Assembly: GCA_043817235.1 (NCBI GenBank)
Contig: JBDRHA010000008.1
Span: forward strand, 112-64,111
Source: Candidatus Shapirobacteria bacterium
Lineage (GTDB): Bacteria; Patescibacteriota; Microgenomatia; UBA12405; BS750m-G30
Reading direction: 5' to 3'
DNA: 64,000 bases
Position numbers and translations under genes: made by a program
The notes under the pieces: model-generated
Told to the model about the DNA's origin: nothing
Database searches by the model: none
What the model saw: the letters and a program-made list of their open reading frames with translations, nothing else
Part shown: one piece after another, positions 1 through 9,027 of the stretch
Numbering within the stretch: the stretch's first letter is position 1
Layout: every line of letters begins with the position of its first letter

Positions 1-27
1 AAAATACCAAGTTTATCTAATTTTATT

Positions 28-876
28 ATGAAAGCAACCCAACTATACCAACATCTTGAGAAAGATTTTATCACTCCTGAAATGAGTGATGAATGGGCAC
101 AGTATATGGATTCTGTTGCCGATTTTCTTAGTGATAACTTTAAGAAAAGATCCATAGGATTAGTTTGCGATTTTACAACAGAAATCAATAAAGTATATAC
201 TGCTGTTTTTCCATCAAGAGAAGTTATGCAAAAAATCTTAGATGATGGAACTCAAGATGCTATGCTTTTTGTTCATCACCCATCGATATGGGATATTAGG
301 AAAGCTCCAGAAGTTTTTCAGCAAATGAATAGAGATTTATTGCAACAATTCAAAGATAGAAGAATATCCATTTATAACCTTCATGTTCCTTTGGATAATT
401 TTGGCGAATACTCGACAAGCGTATCATTTGCAAATGCACTTGGAATAAAGCCTCAAAAATCATTTGCACCATATTTTGGAGCTTTAGCCGGTGTGTTTGG
501 AAAAACAGATTTAACAACAATTCAAGAATTAAGAAAAGTCTTTGAAAAATCTGTAGGACACAAGGTTAGTTTATATAACTATGGCAATAATAAAATCAAG
601 GATGGAATTGTTGCGGTTGTAGCCGGTGGCGGATTAGATGAAACAATAGAGGAGATTGCTCAAAATAAGGTGAATACATTCATCACAGGAATCTCAGTAA
701 AAAACGACCACTCAAGAAAAGCACATGATTTTGCAGAGAAACATAAAATAAATATTCTAGGAGGAACACATTACTCAACGGAAAAATTTGCTTGTATTAA
801 AATATGCGAATATTTTAATAAATTTGGGTTGCCTTCTGAATTTCTTGAAGATAAACCTGTAATGGAGGATGAATAA
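28..876 (+). CDS. NIF3/YbgI-like dinuclear metal-binding protein
   Basis: Motifs FVHHP, YNLHVPLD, GGTHYSTE match the NIF3 family. Confidence 0.8.
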   Translation: MKATQLYQHLEKDFITPEMSDEWAQYMDSVADFLSDNFKKRSIGLVCDFTTEINKVYTAVFPSREVMQKILDDGTQDAMLFVHHPSIWDIRKAPEVFQQMNRDLLQQFKDRRISIYNLHVPLDNFGEYSTSVSFANALGIKPQKSFAPYFGALAGVFGKTDLTTIQELRKVFEKSVGHKVSLYNYGNNKIKDGIVAVVAGGGLDETIEEIAQNKVNTFITGISVKNDHSRKAHDFAEKHKINILGGTHYSTEKFACIKICEYFNKFGLPSEFLEDKPVMEDE

Positions 877-947
877 AATTTGCCACTTAGCGACTTTCTC
901 CCTTCGGTCGAACCACGCTGCGCTCTCCTCCTTTCAGTCGTCGGGGC

Positions 948-1047
948 GTATAACAAGGGATATACAGTTCAGCCCTCAGCTCGGGCTTCACCCAAATTTT
1001 TCTTCCACTTCGTTCCAGAAAAACTTCGTATATCCCTAACGTTATAC
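948..1047 (+). mobile_element. attC-like recombination site 1
   Basis: GTATAAC (948-954) ... GTTATAC (1041-1047, GTTRRRY-like); inner AGGGATATAC/GTATATCCCT inverted pair; 100 bp; lies between two same-strand small ORFs. Confidence 0.6.
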
Positions 1048-1071
1048 GAAATCGTTGATAAAATTTAATCA

Positions 1072-1392
1072 ATGGAAAAACTAAGATTTTCAGATCCGTT
1101 GCCTAATTTGGTTTTGGAAGGTTCGAAGAACACGACCTGGAGAATGGATGATGAGAAGAATATCGAAGTTGGTGACTTATTGTCTTTTTGTCGTGTCAAC
1201 GGAGAAGAATTTGCGAAAGCGGAGCTTTTTGGAGTGAAAGAAACGACTTTTGGGCAATTGACGGAAGAAGACAAGAGTGGCCATGAGCCATTTTCGAGTG
1301 ACCGGGAAATGTATGAGACTTGCTCTGGGTATTATGAAAAAAAGGTGACGCCCAAAACCAAATTAAAAGTAATTAAATTTAGACTTATTTAA
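1072..1392 (+). CDS. ASCH/PUA-like domain protein (putative gene cassette)
   Basis: GSKNTTWR = ASCH GxKxxTxR motif; 106 aa. Confidence 0.75.
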   Translation: MEKLRFSDPLPNLVLEGSKNTTWRMDDEKNIEVGDLLSFCRVNGEEFAKAELFGVKETTFGQLTEEDKSGHEPFSSDREMYETCSGYYEKKVTPKTKLKVIKFRLI

Positions 1393-1408
1393 TTCGATCA
1401 ACGACATC

Positions 1409-1429
1409 GCATAACACGGGCTATGCGGC
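1409..1429 (+). mobile_element. Left half of a truncated attC-like site
   Basis: GCATAACACGGGCTATGCGG resembles GTATAACACAGTATATGCGG at 3423; no GTT right end follows. Confidence 0.4.
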
Positions 1430-1496
1430 AAATTAAAGTAAATTTTCCCAAATTAGCTGATTTTTCTTTTTTTACTCCATGTGCTAGAATCTAACC

Positions 1497-1790
1497 ATGA
1501 CAACCCAAGATATTAGTTCGAAGATTGTTCCTGTTTTAAAGTCCCAAGGAGTGCTCAAGGCGGCTCTTTTTGGTTCGGTGGCTAGGGGCGAATCGAAAAA
1601 GGGTAGCGACGTTGATTTATTGGTTGACCTTGCTAATGACAAAAATTTACTTGATTTAGTAGGCCTTAAGCTTGAACTGGAGGATGTTTTAAAAACAAAA
1701 GTTGATGTGTTGACCTATGATGCCATTTATCCCCCTCTTAAAGATATCATTTTAAATGAACAGCAGGTTATTTATGAAAAAAGATCCTAA
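1497..1790 (+). CDS. MntA-type minimal nucleotidyltransferase antitoxin
   Basis: LFGSVARG...SDVDLLV (GSx10DxD); overlaps a HEPN gene. Confidence 0.85.
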   Translation: MTTQDISSKIVPVLKSQGVLKAALFGSVARGESKKGSDVDLLVDLANDKNLLDLVGLKLELEDVLKTKVDVLTYDAIYPPLKDIILNEQQVIYEKRS

Positions 1791-2118
1791 AATTTTTCTT
1801 AATCATATTTTGGAAAGCATTGAAGAAATTGAAAAAAATGTGCAGCAACTTAAGGAAGATGACTTTTTGGTTAACACGACCATCTAAGATGCGGTTATTA
1901 GAAGACTGGAGATAATCGGGGAGGCAACAAAAAATTTACCCAAGTCTTTTAAAAGCAAACACCCAGGTATTGAGTGGAGAAAAATCGCCGGACTAAGAGA
2001 CGTAATTGTTCATGGCTACTTTCGTCTTAGTTTGAAATTAGTTTGGAAGATAACTCAAAATACGAAATTTCTAATTCTCCTCTTAGATAGAAAAGGGCTT
2101 GACTTTAGAATAATATGA
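1774..2118 (+). pseudogene. HepT/DUF86 HEPN toxin with in-frame stop
   Basis: MKKDPKIFLNHILESI...TTI*DAVIRRLEIIGEA...LRDVIVHGY (RxxxxH); TAA at 1885-1887 where Gln is usual. Confidence 0.8.
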
Positions 2119-2169
2119 AGGGGCAAATAAATAGAAATTCTTTTAAATCTCTTAATTTACTTTAACTAT

Positions 2170-2631
2170 ATGGAACAAGATTTAAAACAATTGTTAGAAG
2201 ATTGGCAGGCAATGCGTCAATTAACGCTTGATTTATTAGATGAACTTCCAGAAGAACATCTCTCTTTTGCTGTTGGCAAAAATATGGGAACTATTGGAAA
2301 ACAATACCGCCATATTGGAGATGTTCAAATCTGCTATAGTAATGCAATTAAAACAGGCAAAATTAGTTTTAGCGATTATAAAAGAGATTATTCTCTTGAA
2401 AATTCAAAAGAGAAATTGAAAGATTTTTTGCAAGGAGTAAATGAAGAAATGCTAAAACAAATTGAAGAAAATCCTAATGCCAAAATAGATTGGCTTGGAG
2501 AATCTTTAGATTTAAGTCAGCATCTCAAGGCATTAATTGAGCATGAAATTCTTCATCATGGCGAATTAGTAGTTTATGTAAGAACATTAGGTATAAAATT
2601 TCCTAAAAGTTGGGAACTATGGGGACTATAA
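2170..2631 (+). CDS. DinB/YfiT-like four-helix metal-binding protein
   Basis: QYRHI and HEILHHGEL motifs. Confidence 0.75.
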   Translation: MEQDLKQLLEDWQAMRQLTLDLLDELPEEHLSFAVGKNMGTIGKQYRHIGDVQICYSNAIKTGKISFSDYKRDYSLENSKEKLKDFLQGVNEEMLKQIEENPNAKIDWLGESLDLSQHLKALIEHEILHHGELVVYVRTLGIKFPKSWELWGL

Positions 2632-3335
2632 ATATAATTGAGGAAATTCGCCAAGAGATTAAAAGATTGGTAAGAAATCCAGATAATGTTAAAGATTATT
2701 CTCGTTTTCACAAAGACGGAAAGAAACATATTGGTTTAGCATCCAACATTACGAGAAAACTGTATGCTGAAAAATTTAAGCAAGTAAAACATTTAGACAA
2801 AAAAGAAATTTTTGATCTTTGTGAAAAACTACTGGAATGTGGGGGCGGTTCTTGTCGCGGAATGGCATTTGATTGGGCTTTCAAAATTAGAAAACAATAC
2901 GCCAAAGAAGATTTTACAATTTTTGAAAAATGGCTGGATAAATATGTTGATACTTGGGGAAGCTGTGATGATTTTTGTACTCATGCTCTTGGTTATCATC
3001 TTTTTGTTTTCCCCGAATCAATTCCAAAAATTCACCAATGGACAAAATCAAAAAACAAATGGAAAAGAAGAGCTTCCGCTGTGATTTTTATTTATCCAGC
3101 AAGAAAAAACAAATATTTAGATGAAGTTCTTAAAATTGCAAAATCCTTATTTTTAGACGAGGAAGATTTAGTTCAAAAAGCGTATGGTTGGATGCTAAAA
3201 GAAGCATCAAATACCAATCAAAAAATGATAGTTGATTTTGTAATGAAACATAAATCAAGCATGCCAAGAACCGCATTAAGATATGCTATTGAAAAAATGC
3301 CTGCCAATCTTAAGAAACAAGCAATGATAAAATAG
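2619..3335 (+). CDS. AlkD-like DNA alkylation repair protein
   Basis: DTWGSCDD, WKRRAS, VQKAYGWMLKE, RTALRYAIEK; ATG at 2619 chosen. Confidence 0.85.
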   Translation: MGTINIIEEIRQEIKRLVRNPDNVKDYSRFHKDGKKHIGLASNITRKLYAEKFKQVKHLDKKEIFDLCEKLLECGGGSCRGMAFDWAFKIRKQYAKEDFTIFEKWLDKYVDTWGSCDDFCTHALGYHLFVFPESIPKIHQWTKSKNKWKRRASAVIFIYPARKNKYLDEVLKIAKSLFLDEEDLVQKAYGWMLKEASNTNQKMIVDFVMKHKSSMPRTALRYAIEKMPANLKKQAMIK

Positions 3336-3422
3336 AAAAAGCTAAGCCCTTTAAGATTTGATGATAACGGAGAATTAGAAACTCAAGCCACATTGCATTC
3401 TTTTCACTTCATTCGTCGGATC

Positions 3423-3537
3423 GTATAACACAGTATATGCGGTTCCCCCCGCCGAGGAAGGTTCACCCATATCCCGTCGAAATTTGATAAAATTAACATG
3501 GTGTCGACGGGACATCAGATATACGCAAACGTTAGGC
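3423..3537 (+). mobile_element. attC-like recombination site 2
   Basis: GTATAAC (3423-3429) ... GTTAGGC (3531-3537); GTATAT/ATATAC inner pair; internal stem TCCCGTCGA/TCGACGGGA; shares TTCACCCA with site 1. Confidence 0.6.
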
Positions 3538-3590
3538 AAAACTCAAGCCTGAATTATTGTATAATTTATCTAGTTTGACAAATTAATACT

Positions 3591-4088
3591 ATGAATACAT
3601 ATAAAAACTATATTTTAATCAGTACCATGCTTATAGTCCTTGCCGTTGGAGTTTTTTATATTTTTCAAAACCTAAATCAAGGAAAAAAAATACTTGAAGT
3701 GCAGTTGGAAGTGTCAGCACCATTTTCGACGGCAACACTTTTAGCGAGCAGCCAAGGCACTATTAGTTATGAAGCAGAGGCTCCAAGAGTAAACGTCGAA
3801 AAACAAGTTGATTCAGAAAAGATAGCAGAGGAGCAATTTGAAGAGCTTGTTGATTTGATTATTCAAAATAATTTCTGGTCATTTAATGAAGAATATTTTG
3901 AAGATAATTTAATGGATGCTACCACTTACACGCTAAGCGTCAAATCAGTTTCTAATTGCCAGCCTGAATTAGCTGATGCTAGAGTTTATTCAGTAAGTTG
4001 TTACGGAGATTGCCCTGAAAAAATTATTGAAATTATTAACAATATTAAAGATTTGTGGGGTAAAGAAATATTACAAGTGGGAATATAA
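3591..4088 (+). CDS. Membrane-anchored hypothetical protein (putative cassette)
   Basis: N-terminal hydrophobic helix; starts 54 bp after attC-like site 2. Confidence 0.6.
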   Translation: MNTYKNYILISTMLIVLAVGVFYIFQNLNQGKKILEVQLEVSAPFSTATLLASSQGTISYEAEAPRVNVEKQVDSEKIAEEQFEELVDLIIQNNFWSFNEEYFEDNLMDATTYTLSVKSVSNCQPELADARVYSVSCYGDCPEKIIEIINNIKDLWGKEILQVGI

Positions 4089-4104
4089 CGATGGGTTTGT
4101 AACC

Positions 4105-4545
4105 ATGTTGCTTCCGTCTCATATTTTATCAAGCGTATTTATTTTAAGAACTTTATCAGTTTCATCTCTGTCCATCATGTACAATTTTGAAACTATAACT
4201 CTCTCAATCGCCTTTCAGATGCTTCCAGATCTAGATATTTTCTGGGCTAAAAAGCTTAATTCCCACCACGTTACTTATTTTCATTCTCCGCTTTTTTGGG
4301 TTACTACTTTCATAGTTTTTTATATTATTAATTCTATATTCAACTTATTCGGAAATTGGCTCCTCTATTTATATATTGTTCAAATAATCTTGCATTTATT
4401 TTTTGACTTTACCACTGGTTGAACTGCCGGTATCCCGCTTTTTTATCCGTTTGCGAAAAAAGAATTTAGTTTTTTACCACTAAACAAAATGCAAGGCGAC
4501 TTTCACCTTTTTGGGCAGCAATATCGGAATAAATCTCAGGCCTCA
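4105..4545 (+). pseudogene. YdjM-like membrane metal-dependent hydrolase, nonsense codon and 3' truncation
   Basis: SH...LPDLD...HH.TYFHSP...LHLFFD; TGA at 4420-4422 then in-frame GIPLFYPF; frame runs into the tRNA-Arg 3' end. Confidence 0.65.
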
Positions 4546-4547
4546 TT

Positions 4548-4624
4548 TGGTGTCCCCGGAGAGAGTCGAACTCCCGACCTTTCGCTTAGAAGGCGAACGC
4601 TCTATCCGCCTGAGCTACGGGGAC
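4548..4624 (-). tRNA. tRNA-Arg(TCT)
   Basis: GTCCCCG acceptor stem, anticodon loop CTTCTAA, GTTCGAC T-loop, CCA encoded. Confidence 0.95.
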
Positions 4625-4699
4625 TCATGTATATTTTATCAAAACGGGAAAGAACTCCCGACCTAAAGAAACTTTTCACTTATATTTTTTAACTGATTT

Positions 4700-4775
4700 T
4701 GGGGTGGCTGAGGGGATTTGAACCCCCAACTTTCCGCTCCACAAGCGGACGCTCTGCCGTTGAGCTACAGCCACC
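4700..4775 (-). tRNA. tRNA-His(GTG)
   Basis: Cloverleaf, anticodon loop TTGTGGA, G-1, CCA. Confidence 0.95.
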
Positions 4776-4789
4776 ATATAATTACTTTG

Positions 4790-4863
4790 TCGGAGCGGCG
4801 GGACTTGAACCCGCGACCTCTGCGTCCCAAACGCAGCGCGCTAATCCACTGCGCCACGCTCCG
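4790..4863 (-). tRNA. tRNA-Pro(TGG)
   Basis: CGGAGCG acceptor, loop TTTGGGA; CCA not encoded. Confidence 0.95.
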
Positions 4864-4883
4864 ATATACCACGTTGTCTCCCG

Positions 4884-4972
4884 TGGTGCCGAAGGTGGGA
4901 TTTGAACCCACACGAACGATAATGTCCACACGCTCCTGAAGCGTGCCTGTCTGCCAATTTCAGCACTTCGGC
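4884..4972 (-). tRNA. tRNA-Leu(CAG)
   Basis: Loop TTCAGGA, long variable arm, CCA. Confidence 0.95.
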
Positions 4973-4980
4973 TAAATTCT

Positions 4981-5077
4981 TGTCATTGCGAGTCCCTCGA
5001 CGTCACGTCGGGGGGCGCGGCAATCTCGAACGGGATTGCATTCCGTCTGGGATTGCTTCACTGCGTTCGCAATGACA
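4981..5077. repeat. GC-rich palindromic REP/MITE-like element
   Basis: Terminal IR TGTCATTGCGA/TCGCAATGACA with internal hairpins. Confidence 0.7.
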
Positions 5078-5138
5078 AAGCAGATTGTCACTCACAGTGA
5101 CATGAACTATTATATCTAATTTAGGCGCTGACCTAAAG

Positions 5139-6494
5139 TCAATTAAGCTCTATGGCATTTGGCCGACAGATTTGGTAGGTAGTGGGGTGAAAAAGAAAGA
5201 TTGCCGGCAACTCTTCCAGCAAATATCTTTGAAAGTCGTGATAAATATTTTTCCGCTCGTCTTTGTTTAGGGTTGCTCGCCCATCTTCCAAAAGTTTATC
5301 TATTCTGGGGTTGCTAAAGCCGGTAATATTGCCGGCTTCATTGCTATGCCAAAATGGATATTGGTCGGGATCTGAAGGAATTAAGCCGTAACCCAGAATA
5401 ATATCAAAGTTTTCTTTATCAGAAATATAAGGAGAAATAAGTAAATTAACTTTTATCCCCAGCTCTTTTTCCCAATTATCTTTAATTTTTTCGGCCCAGT
5501 CGGCCAAATCATAAGTGGTGGTTACCTGAAGCTCCAAGCTGGTTAGTTCTAGTTCTTTTAGCAAAGTTCTTGCCCGGTCAGGGTCAAAAGGATAGGTTTT
5601 TACGTTTGGATTATAAGCCCACGATAAGGGAGAAATTGGGCCAAAGGCCCTTGCTCCCTCTTCCGGCTTTTGAAAAGCATAGGCCAAGGCTTGCCGGACG
5701 CTTTTATCGGAAAAAGGCTCTTTTCGGGTGTTAAAAAATAAAGCCACGTAGCGAGAAGCACTTTCTTTGACAGGAGTAATCCGCAAATTTTCCCAGCTTC
5801 TTAGGAGCTCTATGGAGTCTAGATCGCGAACACAGTCAACCTCTCCCAGTTTAAAGGCGGCAACGAGGCTTTCTTGATCAGGATAAAAACGAAAAGTAAT
5901 TTTTTTGGGGTCCAGTCCGTGCCGGCTCGCTTTTAGAGAAAGATAAGAAATATAGCCGGCACTGGAAAATACTTTTTCAATTTGGTAGTCGCCCAATCCG
6001 ATTAACCCCTTTTTGAGAAGGGGGTTGGCTACTAGGCTAGGTAAGGGCGAAAATGGTTTTTCAATGCTAACTAAAATGGAATAGCCGTCTGGATATTCAA
6101 CGCTAGCCGCTTCAATATCCAGCTGAATATCTTTGCTAAGAAGAGGTGAACCGTCTTGCCAATGAAGAAGAGGATCAAGGTGAAAGAGATACTGTTTTCC
6201 TTGCTCCTTTACTTCCCAAGAGAGAGCTGCTCCTTTTTGGGGAGTGTTATTGGTGGAAAGTTTTGTTAGGCCAAAGGATGTTAGTTCGGCGACTTCCTTG
6301 GGAAGGCGCCCGATTCTGTATTTCCCTAATATGCCCACTGAAACCTGCGAAGGCAAAAAATTTCTTAACAAGGCCTCAAGCTGGCTTCGCAATAAAAAGA
6401 AGCCAATTCCCAAAAAGATTCCTACTCCAAAAATAAATAAATTTCTTTGAAGGAAAATAACAGCGATCTTTGTTTTTCGGAAAACAAAAAACAT
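5139..6494 (-). CDS. ABC transporter substrate-binding protein, family 5 (OppA/DppA-like)
   Basis: WQDGSPL, PFSDKSVRQALAYA, FSNPRIDKLLE, ELPAIFLF. Confidence 0.85.
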   Translation of the reverse strand: MFFVFRKTKIAVIFLQRNLFIFGVGIFLGIGFFLLRSQLEALLRNFLPSQVSVGILGKYRIGRLPKEVAELTSFGLTKLSTNNTPQKGAALSWEVKEQGKQYLFHLDPLLHWQDGSPLLSKDIQLDIEAASVEYPDGYSILVSIEKPFSPLPSLVANPLLKKGLIGLGDYQIEKVFSSAGYISYLSLKASRHGLDPKKITFRFYPDQESLVAAFKLGEVDCVRDLDSIELLRSWENLRITPVKESASRYVALFFNTRKEPFSDKSVRQALAYAFQKPEEGARAFGPISPLSWAYNPNVKTYPFDPDRARTLLKELELTSLELQVTTTYDLADWAEKIKDNWEKELGIKVNLLISPYISDKENFDIILGYGLIPSDPDQYPFWHSNEAGNITGFSNPRIDKLLEDGRATLNKDERKNIYHDFQRYLLEELPAIFLFHPTTYQICRPNAIELN

Positions 6495-6497
6495 TTT

Positions 6498-6713
6498 TTA
6501 GTGGTTTTCTACCATTAATCTCAAGAAGGAGACAACGATGAAGCCAAAAATGCAAAACAAGGTGAGGTTAAAGGTAATTTTTTCCCAGCCGCGTCTTACA
6601 ATCTGAGGGGCAAAGAAGGACCGCTGGCTTCCCTGCTCATCTGCCGGTTGCTGCAAAATAATAAGGATAATGGTGCCAAGGGCTAAAATAATTTGGAGCC
6701 AAACGAGAATCAT
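6498..6713 (-). CDS. secG: Preprotein translocase subunit SecG
   Basis: Two TM helices, LIILQQ...RRGWEK. Confidence 0.8.
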   Translation of the reverse strand: MILVWLQIILALGTIILIILQQPADEQGSQRSFFAPQIVRRGWEKITFNLTLFCIFGFIVVSFLRLMVENH

Positions 6714-7114
6714 TTTTTAATAATCCAACGAATAATGATAAGAACAAGATCTAAAATGAAAGAAAGCAAGACATAGGTGCCAAATAGAGAAAGATTAACA
6801 GGCGAAATGCTAAAACCATTGCTGGAGTAGCCCGCAAAATGAAAATTAGCGATTTGGAAACCCTCTACCAGATAAACCGCTAAAATTAAACCGGCAACAT
6901 TGATCACCCAGCGAAGCAAGCCAAGAGTTAATAAGTTTATTGGAAGAAGCAGCAGTTTGAGCAGAGGTTTTAAAAAAAGGGAAAAAATAGTTAAGACAAG
7001 GGTAGATAAAAACCAGGCTCTTAAGCCTGTGCTAAAATCAAGAGCACCAGTAAGCCAGGCAATGGCTTGAAGAGCAATAAGGTGAATAAACCACTCCCGA
7101 ATTATTTTTTTCAC
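6710..7114 (-). CDS. 4-TM phage-holin-like (YvlD) membrane protein
   Basis: KPLLKLLLLPINLLTLGL motif. Confidence 0.75.
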   Translation of the reverse strand: MKKIIREWFIHLIALQAIAWLTGALDFSTGLRAWFLSTLVLTIFSLFLKPLLKLLLLPINLLTLGLLRWVINVAGLILAVYLVEGFQIANFHFAGYSSNGFSISPVNLSLFGTYVLLSFILDLVLIIIRWIIKK

Positions 7115-7140
7115 TTCTTTTAAGATTAGAGTAACAAAAA

Positions 7141-8949
7141 TTAACTCCTTTTTGCAACTTTAGTGATTATTTTTACTAAGAAAAAAATAGTTAAACTTAG
7201 GATAATTAAGCTGATAAAAACAAGCATTATTAGGCGGATTGACTGCTCGCTAGGACTCAGCTCATGAAGGTAAAAGATTTTTGAATCAGTTAAGCTGGCT
7301 AGTTTTAAAGTCGCATTTAGCTTAGGATTGAGCAAAAATTGCTGCCAAAAGGGATGAGCAGAAGCAGAAATTTTTTTAGTAGCCAGTGGAGCCAAAAGAT
7401 CAATAGTTTGATCGTTGAGCTGAATTTTTTTGAGAGGAAAAAAGCTATTGTTCTTTAACAATAAATAAGATTGCTTATTTTCTCTAACTATCCGAAGATC
7501 AAGCTTTTCTAGTAATTCTTGATCTGGAGGAAAAGGAACTTCTTTATTGGCTAAAGATACTTGAATATTTTTGCTGGTTGATTCACTGCTTTGGGTATAA
7601 GATCCGGGCGGCGGCGGAAAATCGCTTTGGGTTCCATGAATCACGAAAGCAAGATGATTAAAATCAAAGTGATCAAAGTAGTCTACTCCGCCGGTAGTTT
7701 TTTCCCAAGTGGGGTCAACCTGGATCCATTGTAAACGAGAAAAATCCCAGTATTCCGGCCAGGCGTGGAGAACATCTTTTTTTAAAGAAACCGGCTTTAG
7801 TTTTGGATTAGTGGTGTAAGCAAATCCCTCAATCTCTCTTGCCGGAATTTTTGCGGCTCGAGAAAGGGTGACAAATAAATCAGTAAATTCGCTGCAAACT
7901 GCTTGGTTAGGATTAGCAAGCGCAAAAAGCGCGCCAGATCGCAATATCGCTCCTCCACTCAGGGCTTGATAATTATAGCTTAAGTGAGAAACAACATATT
8001 GATAAATTTTATCGGCTGTTTTTAAGGATTGAGCCAGGTCAGTTATTTTTGGTGAGGAAATTGGCCAATATTTCTGCTCTTTTAAAAATAGATCTAGCTT
8101 GTCAGTTAAGTTATAAGAATCAACTGCCTGAGGAATGGCAAAGACCTTTGCCTGGCCTTCCACCAAAACCGGCAGGGTGTTTTTGGCCTCAACCAAATAA
8201 ATCGCCAGCCAGTTGCCGTTTTCATCTACCTCCACTCTTTCGGGCAAGGGTCGCAGGTCAGTTAAAAGTGTTTCCTGATAGTTGGTAATGGGAGGGATGG
8301 CCACTGAAAATTGCCATGTTTGGTCGTCCGGATTTTCTAGCTGGTAAGAAAGAGAGAAGTTAAAGCTTTGAAAGTCTCCAAAAGAAAGAATAGCTGGCTG
8401 GCTGGCAGATGAGGAGTCAAGGCTAAATTTTGTTTTGGTTTCCAGGGTTTCGGCTTTAGCTATCTTAACTGAGCTATAAGCAAGCTTTCCAAATGAGTTG
8501 GGAACAGTGATTGTGGTGGTTAAAGAATCAACGCTTCCTAGGCTTGAAAAACCGGGAAGGCTCACCTCCCAGACTCGTCCCTTGCGTAAAGCTGGATCTT
8601 TAAGCTGATATTTAATATTAAAAACAAAACTTTTTCCCTTGCCTACTATTTCTTGGTTAAAGCTAAGCCCTATTTTTGTTTTTCCGTCTTCTTCGCTAAC
8701 TTGTTTTAAGATATCTCCCTGCTGATCCCAGGCGGAAATATTGCTCACCTTCTGACTGGTCTCAATGATGTATTCTTTAGGATAAATATTAGCCATGTTG
8801 TTGGTAAGGGAAATTTGCTGGGAAGCAGTGACGAGGCCGCGATTATCTATAGTATAATCAATTTGGTAGTTAGTGTTAAACTCATCAATGGCCTTTGCCG
8901 GGCGAGAAAATAACAAGAAAAAAAAGAGAATTAGGGCAAGCTTTTTCAT
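7141..8949 (-). CDS. Exported transglutaminase-like domain protein
   Basis: Signal peptide; AVCSEF, HAWPE, VDPTW catalytic triad; C-terminal TM. Confidence 0.85.
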   Translation of the reverse strand: MKKLALILFFFLLFSRPAKAIDEFNTNYQIDYTIDNRGLVTASQQISLTNNMANIYPKEYIIETSQKVSNISAWDQQGDILKQVSEEDGKTKIGLSFNQEIVGKGKSFVFNIKYQLKDPALRKGRVWEVSLPGFSSLGSVDSLTTTITVPNSFGKLAYSSVKIAKAETLETKTKFSLDSSSASQPAILSFGDFQSFNFSLSYQLENPDDQTWQFSVAIPPITNYQETLLTDLRPLPERVEVDENGNWLAIYLVEAKNTLPVLVEGQAKVFAIPQAVDSYNLTDKLDLFLKEQKYWPISSPKITDLAQSLKTADKIYQYVVSHLSYNYQALSGGAILRSGALFALANPNQAVCSEFTDLFVTLSRAAKIPAREIEGFAYTTNPKLKPVSLKKDVLHAWPEYWDFSRLQWIQVDPTWEKTTGGVDYFDHFDFNHLAFVIHGTQSDFPPPPGSYTQSSESTSKNIQVSLANKEVPFPPDQELLEKLDLRIVRENKQSYLLLKNNSFFPLKKIQLNDQTIDLLAPLATKKISASAHPFWQQFLLNPKLNATLKLASLTDSKIFYLHELSPSEQSIRLIMLVFISLIILSLTIFFLVKIITKVAKRS

Positions 8950-8989
8950 AGCAATATAATAACAAAATAATGACCGGTTAAACATCTTC

Positions 8990-9010
8990 TTGACTTCGGG
9001 TTTTTTTCGT
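8990..9010 (+). promoter_or_regulatory. lexA -35 box overlapped by a putative LexA operator TTCGG-N6-TTCGT
   Basis: TTGACT 8990-8995; TTCGG 8995-8999, 6-nt spacer, TTCGT 9006-9010. Confidence 0.5.
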
Positions 9011-9027
9011 GTTTCAATAAATTTAAT

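Noticed and set aside
4083-4104. Fourth attC at the end of the 3591-4088 gene (ATATAAC)
   Set aside because: No inner inverted repeat or matching right end within attC distance
4652-4664. 13-nt duplicate (GAACTCCCGACCT) of the tRNA-Arg T-arm as an att site
   Set aside because: Short, on the 5' side of the tRNA within the operon spacer, part of a small local hairpin, with no cargo between the copies
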